In this document: piece after piece, positions 30,301-42,300 of the stretch
Layout of the letters: each line of letters begins with the position of its first letter
Position numbering within the stretch: position 1 is the stretch's first letter
From: Botryllus schlosseri
Taxonomy: Eukaryota
Reading direction: 5' to 3'
Length of the DNA stretch: 64,000 nucleotides
Assembly: GCA_051294905.1 (NCBI GenBank)
Contig: CM119372.1
Span: 32,118,001-32,182,000 of the forward strand
Translations under genes and position numbers: made by a program
The notes under the pieces: model-generated
The model's input: the letters and a program-made list of their open reading frames with translations, nothing else
Told to the model about the DNA's origin: nothing
The model's database searches: none

Positions 30301-33300
30301 GACCGAAAACTTCGATATAGGCCTATATATATAAAAATTTATAATTGTCCAATGTCCATAGATGCCTGAATAGCTGGCACCGAATTCTTCAGTCCTGGCA
30401 ATTCGCACAGCACAGGACAAATACCACCATCCAGAAAAAAGATACGTAGTAGTAAAGAGTACCAATTTGAAATCGTGTGGGTCTTTTAGTTTAGTACGTT
30501 TGGGCGATTTAAAATATTTCATTAACTATCCAGCAGACAGAAAGTAAAAAATAGCAACATTTCAAACAATCAATCGACAGATGATATTTTCATTTGCCCA
30601 AGACACATACACAATGTACAATGTGATATACAAGTCACACAATGCGATGTAATGAATAGATAGGAGGTTGCCGAACGACCAACCAGTTGGGGTCTCTTGA
30701 ACTGACAGTAAGTAATTATACCAACGGCCCCACCTGAATATGTTTAATTATTAATTACGTGCCCTAAAATTTCTAAGACAACACCTCACTCAGTTCTAAC
30801 GGTACATTTGATTACGTGGGGTCAAGAGAGGATGAAATATTTCTTGAAAAAAATATTAGCAATGAACAATATTATTGACCGATTCAATCATGAATTATAG
30901 AAAAGTTTCGTGCGATGAGGACGTCTAAGCTCACTGATTACTAGGGCAAGTTTTTGCAACTTTTGCAATCTCTTTTACAGCTTCCGGCAGCTTCCTAAAT
31001 ACTCGTAAGATATGTAGAATGCTGTTTTAAGCTGGTTGAAGGAATCTTATAGTGCAACTTTTTGCAACTTTTGTCCATTTTTTTATGCAACTTTTTCGAT
31101 ATTTCATGAAAGTATTTTGTATTTTGGTTAAATACACGGCCAAATTCGACTGAAATACCGTAAATCAGCACTGCAGTAACGTTCCTACGGGTATTTCGGG
31201 AGCTGAGCCGGAAAGTTGACCTTTTTTTAGTCAACGAGCAAAATGTGGTCTTTTAGAGCAACTTTTGTGTAAAAATAAATGTAACTTTTTACTGCAACTC
31301 TTGTCAAAAATAAATGCAACTTTCCACGGATTTACCGGCAACAAAAACTTGCCGTACTGATTATCAATATGAAATCTCGAACACAAGTTGTAGTGAAAAC
31401 GGTCACACCAATGGGGGATCTGGGGGTCTGCGTCTCCCAGACGTTTCGTCCATCACCCAATAGAGGGGCCCAAGACCAACGTTTTGTGGGGGGCTGACGA
31501 AGTGATGTTTCGACCCTAATGCTGTATAATGTTAATCGCTTCGAAGAGATTAAGAGTTTAGTAATTTTATGTTGCTCATCAACCGCGGTGATGAGTCTTC
31601 CGTAGCCCATTGTAGATTTCGGATTAGTTCTGTCAGCAGCAGTCATTCACTGAATATGATGATTACTTTATTAGCGCTATTTAAATGTTCAGTGTTTTGC
31701 TTTTGTACAAATAGTCCTGATCCTGAAATACCAGATTATTTCGCTGTGAAGCAGCTGGCATTATTTTCCATACAGTGACCAAATAAGGTAAAAATTAAAA
31801 CTTGAGAAGTCATTCATTAGGCTATGACATCATAACAGCAGATAGTACTCAAATCAAGAGTTGGACAATTAATTGTAATTGTAATTGGCTGAATGAAATT
31901 AATTACATTTTTTCATGTAATTGTAATTTGATATTTTTACAAGGAGTAATGGTAATTGTAATGTAATTGAAAGATGCAAGGAAGTAATTGTAATTATAAT
32001 TGAGCTGAAATAATGTAATTGATCCAACTCTGGTTACCATTACAGGCCTTATTAATTGCTGTAGTTATCGTGGATACGCCATTACTGTCACTTTCAAGTG
32101 ATCCAAGACATGATATAGGTCTTTATCGTTGCTTAGATTCACAGGACCTTTCAGAGTCACAAATTCGTTGTCGGTGAATAAATTTTCCTTTTATATGTCG
32201 TCTTTTTGGGATCCTAAATTGTGCGCAGGGGCGATAATTTGTGTCGAGATTGATAAGGAAACGATTAGTCGATAAAGGTTGGGACCACTGCACTAAACTA
32301 AACAATGAGCGTCATTTCACAGCTAAGACTAGCTCTTCGCCAATAAGAATACTGGAAAGTGTGCAATGTTTCTCGCATTGGAGTACAACCTTATTCCATG
32401 CTAGTTTTAATGACATGAGTGAGATATCAAAACGTGAAACGATGATGAAGTGATAAGCTGCATAAAAAGTTCTAAAAATGCGTTTTATAGGGTATGAGGA
32501 ATGGATAAATTATTGAAAACGAAGTTTTACATCAGTTAATTGGTTAAATTCACACAATCATGGATCTCTCTGGATTCGAATAACAGCTCCAATAGCTTGT
32601 GATCCAATAACAAATAATGCGTCCGTTTTGAGGAGTACCGCTGGCTACTATAATTGAGGGAATAATACTTCAACATTAATATAATTTTTGTTCCTACGAT
32701 CATGTTCTTATCAGTCGGATGTTGGATTCATGTTGATTTGTTTGTTAATTCAGATTCAGATGGCACACCGTTTGGTACTGACGAACATTCCGTTCGGGAC
32801 ATTTTATCGGAAGTTCTTGGAACATTGGATTCAAGCAATATGTTAGATAGTACGATACTAGTTATTTGAACAGAATAATACAGGTATACATTTTACGCTT
32901 TCTCTTATTTCAGCAGCGAAAAATATCCTCTCACGAGACGTTCTGGAATCTATGAGAGCTATCTTACAAAATCGAGGTATGTGTAGGCTGCAGAGGAATC
33001 AGTGTAGTATTTCCGACTACTCGAGTAACCCTACGCAAAACTCAGGTTCATGAGTTGTGTGACTTGAGCCAATACACGATATGAGTCATGTTATATTCAT
33101 ATTTTCGATGTGGGAATACGACGCAACTGGATTTTTTTGAGCTCATATACCCCAGATGTATATGCCGTAGTTTGCTACACAGTTACCCTAAATTCAAATG
33201 GTGAGTGTGATACGCAAAATAAAACTAAACTATAGTTTAGTTACTAGGGATTCACTTCATGACTGCATGTATTTCGGTTCTAACTAAAGCCCAAGGCCTG

Positions 33301-36300
33301 ATAAAATCCAATAACGAAGGACATGTCAGTGCTGAAGCCTGTAAAAATTGCAGTATGTAATAACTTCATAATGTATAACCATTCATATTGAAATTAATTC
33401 ATGCATATGACAAGGGCTTTATTTGCCTAAAACATGATTGATACAACATCATGTGCTATTTCAGATGACAGCGCCGATTTGTCTGCTGTTGACGAAGGAT
33501 CTGCTCTGGAAATGTTACGAAACGTCCATGGACAAATACACGAAGGTGGTCAAATTAGTCAAGAACCCTACTCTGTCGAAGTACAAGTAGCGACGCAAAA
33601 TACACCAAGTAGGCCTACTAGTAGAAGTAGCACTATAAATACAACCTCAAACTACTCCATGTAGAAGCAAAATTGGCTGACTTTAGATCTAAGTAAGTAA
33701 GTAGTCATAACAGTTATAATAGGTTCGCATGTACTGTCAAAAGCTACAAATTAACCTATGCCGAAGGTGCAGAGAGCTTGATTCATATTGATGCCTCTCA
33801 GGAGGAATAAGTCTTCGGAAGCATGAGCATTCGACCGCATCATGAGATGCAAATCACAGTTTTGCTATGGAAAACTATTCTAATATTTTCATTACCTGAA
33901 CAATGCGATCCATAAAAGGTCATGACATGACTCCCTCCGTATTATAAGTCCCGTCGTGTATACGAAGAGCAAAAGGGAGTAGAGGTATATGATATGATGT
34001 TTACAAGTTGCGCGATTGCTATACGTAATGAAAAATGTGGCGGATATACTGTAATTTAATTTCCGAAAAATAGAAGCAATAATACATTTCGTTTTAAAGT
34101 CCAACATGTTTGTTCTCCAGACAAAAAAACAACAACCTGAAATCAATTAGAAGAACTCAGAGTAATGATACTACGAAATAAAAGACAAGTACAAATACTG
34201 TTGCTAAAAAGCGGAATATATTTTCCTGTCTTTTGTATTGAAAGTTTCAACGGTGGTCTGCTGAAATCAGACTAAAGTTAAAAAAGCAATGCATATACCA
34301 TTTTTCCTATGCGATTGGTAGCTTTCAGATTGCGAAACGATCGCTCCAAACGTTTTGATAAGTTAGATATACTGTGATGAAACATATCATATGGGCAACA
34401 ATGCGATGTGAACGAAAACACGCAACCCGCGCTTGAATTATGTTAACCGATACTTTCGTGAAAACATGTTTGCCACTCCATATTTGCGTTGCGCTGAAAG
34501 CGACGAAAACTCCGAGCTTTACCTAACTCTTTTTAATATTAAATTTTTGTTAGTACTCCATGAAAACAGCCTCGAAATTCCTCAGTCTTTCTCTCACTCT
34601 AACTGGAAGAATATAATACTTCTACTTGACAAACTGAAAATCGGGAAAAGTAAGTAAGTAAAAGTAGAAGTAAAAGTTTCGGGAAATTAGATTTACCTGA
34701 GTAAGTACGTACTGCAAGTAGTGGAAAACTAATTGACTTCTTCGAAAAATTAGAAGTACTTCTTTACTGACATACCAATAATAATACATCCAAATCGTCT
34801 TTTGTCTTGTGTGATAGTACTTATTTGAACAGAAATGCACTCTTATATATAACCCTTCCCCCTTCATTTCAGCGGCGAAAAATATCCTACCCAGAAATAT
34901 CCCGGAGGCGATAGCAGCTATCATGCAACATCCCGGTATGAATAGGCTAGATAGGAATCAGTGTAGGAGTTCCGAAAACTTTGATTGCTCTATCTATAAT
35001 TTAGGTTTATGAGTGTGGTGTAGGTATACACACATTATTCATGTTTTGTTCATTTTTTCGATGTAGGAATACGACGGGACTGTTTTTTTGACGTTCGTAT
35101 TAGGGATGGTGTGAACCTCTGAAAGGTTCAGGTTCGTGTGAACGCGAACCTTTTTCAAAGGTTCTGTGTGAACGCGAACGTGAACCTCATGACGTCACGT
35201 GACGTCATATTGCTAATTCCAACTCTACATTTCAGTGAAGTGATAGCCTGTATTAATGTAAAATGTACAATTTGTACATGTACGCGTACGTACACGATAC
35301 CTAGCGACGACTCGGGCCGTATGCTACAATGCCGAAGTACTTATTGACGTTTTAAACGTCGCCAAATGTATCAACTGGGGCAATCAAATGATATAATAAT
35401 TCCATAAAATCCATATCTTCGGTCGCAAGGTGAAATAAGCTTACGTCTTAACGGTCTAGGTCAGCTATAGGCCGGACAATGTATTCGGCGTCTGAGTATT
35501 GCTACGTTGTTATAGAGCAGAGTGTAAAACGGGTTTCTATACTTGCTAGTAGCATGTTGCTATACCGATATTACCCCAGTAACAAGTTATACAGCAGTAG
35601 CCAACTCCCAAATCGCACGGATTTGGCTTTTATGATACCATAAACATAATAAATCAAGATTGACCCAGTACGCCTGCTAGATTTTTTATTTCAGACAACG
35701 ATATAAATTTCATTGATTTGTCGATTAGGCATCATTTGCTGACTACCTACATGTAGTGTATTTCGTTCTTGATGTTGTGTGATTGCGGGTCGAGTTCACA
35801 GCAGAGAGTCACTAAATATTTACAAACGGAAAGCTGGTAATTTCGAGCAAACTTTTGTAACAAAGCAAGTAAAATTTTTGAGATTGTCAAGGTGTATGCT
35901 CGTTTAGTGGTGATTTTTTCGTATACTGCCAGCGTCATTGATAGAGTGGCCCACAGTTGAAATGCAATCAATTTCAACCAAAGATGTTATAATGAAGTGA
36001 AAATGGTAATATATGAAAAAGGTTCACAGTGCAGAACCTACTAAGGTTCGTTTGTGAACGCGAACCTTTAAATATGTGAGGTTCACACCAGACATGGGGT
36101 AATCGCGATTAGTAATCGTAATCGATTACGACGATTACAGCATTTTCAAGTAATCGTAATCGCAATCGATTACATTCGAGAAAAATCCAAAGTAATCGTA
36201 ATCGTAATCGACTACTTCACATATCTAATCGATTTCTTTGTGAAAGAACGATTACTTTTTATCTGTACAATGAACATGACATAACCGAACATTCGTGAAC

Positions 36301-39300
36301 AAGGAAGAGATATTATACCAGGTTACGGATAGCGGAAACGGTTGATTTTCAAACGCCACTGCTCATTATTACGTCAGAAGTATTAGCTTTGCTCGTCCTT
36401 GCGTAAGAAGTAGGCTATCCACACGTAGTAAATACATATTCGATGTACATTGTTGTGTGATTGTTAGAAGAGTGTAAGCCATGCTGTATATTAGGTTATC
36501 AATACGCCCCAGACGCTACTACCTCGCAGCAAGATAATAATCACCACTCTTCCTAGTTTCAAATAGTAACTTATGTATTGATGTTTGGTTATGTTTAGTT
36601 AAACGCAGTTTGACCGTTGATGCTTGGCGAGCAGTAGGCCTATCTGTGTAGTATACGTATGTATTGTACGTACACAGGACAAAGATTTGAAATTTTGTAC
36701 TCGTCAAATAAAACATTACGATGGTTAAAATTACCTGCTGCTGATATATCATAACCGAGCCGTTCTTTGCTGTTTCTCGTAACGGCAGCTTTCAGTAGCC
36801 TATCTGTATTGAGTGTAAGAATTTTTAGTTCATTTTATCTTATTCACATATGACTCTACTTGAAACGGGCACCAATCGTTATTTCACAATACTTCACTCG
36901 AAATTTATACCTGTCGCCATAGCCATCCGCTTATGCACCGAGTTAGCGTCGCTTGTAGGCACAATCAGGACCAAAACAGCAATTCGTCCCCCACTCCCAA
37001 CGTTGGTATTGGTAGGGTTGTAACCAAGTCACAATGTTCCAAGTCACAAGTCAATCTCACTTTTATAGTTTTGACTCGAGTCAAGTCGAGTCATTTTCAA
37101 TTCACCCCCGAGTCAATTCCGAGGTCAAGTCAGCTAGTATAGGGACGAGTCCGAGTCATAGTGTTTGACTCGAGTACGAGTACAAGTCGTTATGTTCACA
37201 GATCAGTTTTCATATCAATCCGGGTCAACCAACTTCTTTCAACTCTGCTCGAGTGATATAGAATGGCTCGTATTCATAATAAAGTGATTTTCATCAGTTT
37301 TCACAGTTTACGGCCCTATTTCCAAGTATCATAATGTGGTAACTTTACTATTCGAAGTTGCATGCAATGTCTGTCTTGACCGCTCTAGTCTCGAGTCATG
37401 CAAAATTACTCGAGTGCAAGTCGAGTCAATACAAAAATTTGGCATTTGGCATTTGCATTGTTGGGGCTCAGATTGGAAGGACCGGACTATCGTCACGCCC
37501 ACAGATCGCGGCTACTGACAATGGACACATACCCAAAGTTTTGGCACAAAGGTCATTCTTTGGTAGCACACTTTGTTGGAGTTGCATGTTGGCAGAAATT
37601 GCATACGTCTTTCGGTGTGTCGTGGCGGGGTAATGACCGTCCCCGAAATGCCTACTCATATAAATTATGCTTGCTTTTTTTCTTGAGAGGGAGAGGTATG
37701 CATTTCATAATCAAGCTATTTAAAGACATTAAATCCCGAAGCTCAAAGAAAATTTTCAAGTTAATTAACTCTCTTGAAAATACTCTATAATAATTTATGT
37801 TGATTTACGAAATACTTTTGAGCCCCCTTAGAGCTCGCTCCCAGTCCTATTGGGGAGTTTGGGGTGTGGCAGTTACGGACCTGGCAACAATGCAAATCGT
37901 TGGGTGCGACGAATAGTCCTGCATAGAGTTGGGCAATGGGTGCATTATGGCGTAACAAGCAAATGAAGTATGATTTATGAAGAAAGTTGTTATCTCATCA
38001 GACCTTTTCATCGCAAGCCTTATATTGTCCTCCAATATCTCTTCTGAAATTAGTTTTAAGAAGTAAAACAATTGTAATCGTGAGTAATCGTGATTACTTT
38101 TGAAATGTAATCGTAATCGTAATCGACTACTTCCTGATTTTGCTGTAATCGTAATCGTAATCGTAATCGCGGGATTCGCAGGTAATCGTAATCGCAATCG
38201 ATTACATTCGTGAAGTAATCACCCCATGTCTGGTTCACACACAGAACGCGAACGTGAACCTCGCGTTCACACCATCCCTAGTTCGTATACCCCAGTGGTA
38301 TATTCCGCTATTCCTTCGCAGTTATCCTAAATTTGACGGTTGAGTGTGATGCACAAATCTAAACTAAACTCTGTATGCATTTCGATTCTAATTAAAGCCC
38401 AAGACCGGCTAAAATCCAATAACGAAGACTGCTGTAGGCCTGTAATAATTGCAGTCTATAATAACGTCATATTGTTAATTTATTATTATTGTATATAATT
38501 TATGCATATGGTTAGGATCTTATTTGCGAATAATTAAGGACTTGTTTGATATAACGTTCTAATGCTACTTCAGATGACAGAGCCGGACTGCCTGCTGTGG
38601 AGGAAGAATCTGTTTTGCAGACGCTACAAAACCTCCATGGACAAATACACGAAGGTGATCAAACTAGTCAATAATGTTACCAAGTGGAAGAAGCAGAAAA
38701 GTAAAATTCTATTTAATTACTAGTTGATGTAGTAGGCTACTTTCTAAAGCAACCTTAAACTACTCTAAGTTAAAGTAGAATTGATTGGCTTTCAATCCAC
38801 TCATGTAAGTGGTTGCAAACAATCATAATACGTTCGCACGGACCGTAAAAAGCTGCAAATTGACCTATGCGAAAGGTACAGAGAGCTAGGTTCCTATTAT
38901 TCCATCCCAGGAGGTATAAGTCATCGACAGCATAAGCATTCGACCGCATCTTGGGATGCAGCTGAAAGTTTTTTTTCTATGGAAAAGCGAATATATTTTT
39001 TTGTTACGCGGACGCCATGCTTCATAAAATGTCATAGCATGACTCCCTCCCCCTTGATTATAATGCCCGTCATTGAAAGGAGGAGCAATACTGAGAAGTT
39101 GTAACGGATACCGTGTTATCACTTTACACGATGAGTATTTATTGATAGAAAATATGGACGAATTGCTGTAATTTTATTTCCGGAAGATATGGGTAATTCT
39201 GCACTTGGTTTTAAACTCCAAATAATTGTTCTCCAGACAAAGGAACTAAATTGATTTTGAAGAACTCAATGCAATGATACTGCGAATGAAAAGAGATATA

Positions 39301-42300
39301 CAATACTATTACGAAAACGCGGAAATATAAATCTCTTGTCTTTTGTCCAGAGAGCTTCAACGGTGGTCTGCTAAAATAGGTCTAATGCTAACAAAATGAC
39401 AGATACCAATTTTCCGGTACGATAGGTAGGGGAGATGTGGTACCGATGGATCAAAAATTGCAAAATGATCTCTGGCCCTCAAATCTTCGGCCGGGAATGG
39501 CAGATCTTTTGCTGTCTCAATACTTCGATACAAGCTCTACCTATCGCGGACATTTACATGAATATCAGCCTTTTCAAAAAATATTTATAAACGTTTAAAA
39601 TTTGTAGCTCGAACGTGTCATCGGTGGGTCCAACGGCACACGACCATGGGACCTATGAGACATACGCTCAAAAACTCAAATTTGTTAACTTGTTTTGTTG
39701 TGTACTATAAGCTAAGCTACAGCAAGCCAATGAAGAATGTTTCGTCGCGACCTTCAAGAATAAAATAGATCATATCAACTGAAATATTGGCATAAAATCA
39801 TGTTTTGATATACGCCTAAACTTCCAAAATTAATGCCATATACATATTACCCGCAAATCGACATTTTGACTTTCAAATAACTCGTAATAGCGATGAAACA
39901 CCACAGGTACCTATGATTTACAGCCTATATATATGTAGGCGAGTTTCTGTTGTTAAGTGATTAGTTGGCCCATCTATTTTGCCTGATTTCGCTATGGTAC
40001 CATAGGTTCCCCACCCCATAAATATTGTAATTGACTTGAAAATAGTCCACTCGAGGATGATATTGATTAAAAAAATATGTGCCATTATATACCCTGATAT
40101 AAGCCCTATACTTCACATCAAAAATTATGGCGGGTTTGTTAGTCTGGAAGGTGATATAGAAAAATGCAAATGTCGATCCAAATTTACTTTACACCCCCTA
40201 AAACGTAAATCATTCGTCACAGACCCCATAACTCACGCAGGTCGAATTTTTTTGCATGTGAGGAAAGATTCTGTCAGCATGTAACTGTAGACAAATTCAC
40301 GGAGTGTAATCATGGAATTATCATGGAGAATTCTTCAAGTATTTTCGGTCCTAGTGATCCATCGGTACCACATCTCCCCTAACTGCTAGATTGCCAAACT
40401 ACAATTCCAAACGTTTAGATCAGTGGTTCTTAACCTTGCCCCCAGTGCCCCCCAAGGGGCGCTGGCGATTTTGAAGGGGGGCGCGAACGCTCAGGGGGCG
40501 ATATGGGGGGCGATGGGCTCAGGGGGGCGGTATGGGGTGGCGCTGGAGAAAAATAGCTTCGGAGTAGATGATGTGGTGATAAGACATATCCTTAATGAGT
40601 ATTCAGAGCAAATTAACACCGAAAACTTCGTTACATATAGCCATCAAAATACAGATAGGTTTAATTGTGCATGGGCGCTTAAATGACTGACACCGAATGT
40701 TCCTGTCTTGGCAATCTGGATTCCAGAAGACGAATTCCATCTAGCAGGGAAAAGTTATATGTCAGTGAAGAAATACCAATCTGATATCATCTGCGTCTTT
40801 TAATTTAGTACGATTGGGCGACAGGGATATTCCTGTTGGGCGATATCCCTGTTGAGCGATTCTATATTTTTTAATATTGCAGACAGGGGGTCACGAAATA
40901 ACATCATGCAACGAAGTCATACCACTTGGTTCGCCCGCCCGAATATGTTTAATTATTAGTAACGGACCCGACAGTTTCCAAGAAACCTCACAATGTTCGC
41001 TTTAAGTTTTGATGAGTCTGCGCACACTCAACAACTCACTGCGCTGACCCTTGGACAACAGTGCGTAACGACTAAAAAAAGGTAATAACTCCGGATTTGT
41101 TGTGCGCAACGTAGATTTTCTGTGCGCAGAGACCGTGTCAGCACTGCACATGTGCGCACTGCGCAGCTTAGAGGCAACATTGCACCTCACTCAGCTCTAC
41201 CGGTAAATCTGTTTACGTGAGCAGAGAGAGAATAAAAATTGATCTCAATTTACATGCAATTCCCGATAATATTGACCAATTCAGTAATTAGGGGAGATGT
41301 GGTACCGATGGATCACTGGGACCGAAAATACTTGAAAAATTCTCCATGATAATTCCATGATTACACTCCGGGAATTTGTCTACAAATACAGGCTGGCAGA
41401 AACTTTCCTCACATGCAAAAAAATTCGACCTGCGTTAGTTATGGGGTCTGTGACGAATGATTTACGTTTTAGGGGGTGTAAAGTAAATTTGGATCGACAT
41501 TTGCATTTTTCTATAACACCTTTCAGACTAACAAACCCACCATAATTTTTGATGTGAAGTACAGGGCTTGTATCAGAGTATATAATGGCACATATTTTTT
41601 GAATCAATACCATCCTCGAGTGGACTGTTTTCAAGTCAATTACAATATTTATGGGGTGGGGGACCTATGGTACCATGGCCAAATCAAGCAAAATAGATGG
41701 ACTAACTAATCACTTCGCAACAGAAACTCTCCTACATATATATAGTCTGTAAATCATAGTTACCTGTAGTGTTTTATCGCTATTACGAGGTATTTGAAAG
41801 TCAAAATGTTGATTTGCGGGTAATATGTATGTGGCATTGATTTGTAAGTTTAGGCGTAAATCTAAACATTATTTTATGCCAACATTTGAGTTGATATGAT
41901 CAATATTATTCTTGAAGGTCGCAACGAATCATTCTTCATTGGCTTGCTGTAGCTTATTTTATAGTACACAACAAAACAAATTAACAAATTTGAGTTTTTG
42001 AGCGTATGTCTCATAGGTCCCATGGTCGTGTGCCGTTGGACCCACCGGGTGGGGACCGATAACACGTTCGAGCAACAAATTTTAAACGTTTATAAATAGT
42101 TTTTGAAAAGGCGGATATTCATGTAAATGTTCGCGATAGGTAGAGCTTGTATCGAAGTGTTGAAACAGCAAAAGATCTGCTATTCTCGGCTGAAGATTTG
42201 AGGGCCAGAGATCATTTTGCAATTTTTGATCCATCGGTACCACATCTCTCCTAATTAGTGAAATTTTTCGCAGCTCGCGCGATTAGGCGAGAATAGCTGT

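Noticed and set aside
36100..38230. (GTAATC)n, (CAATTA)n and (GAGTC)n arrays as CRISPR or telomeric repeats
   Set aside because: No repeat-spacer periodicity; they are subterminal arrays inside TIR/TSD-bounded elements.
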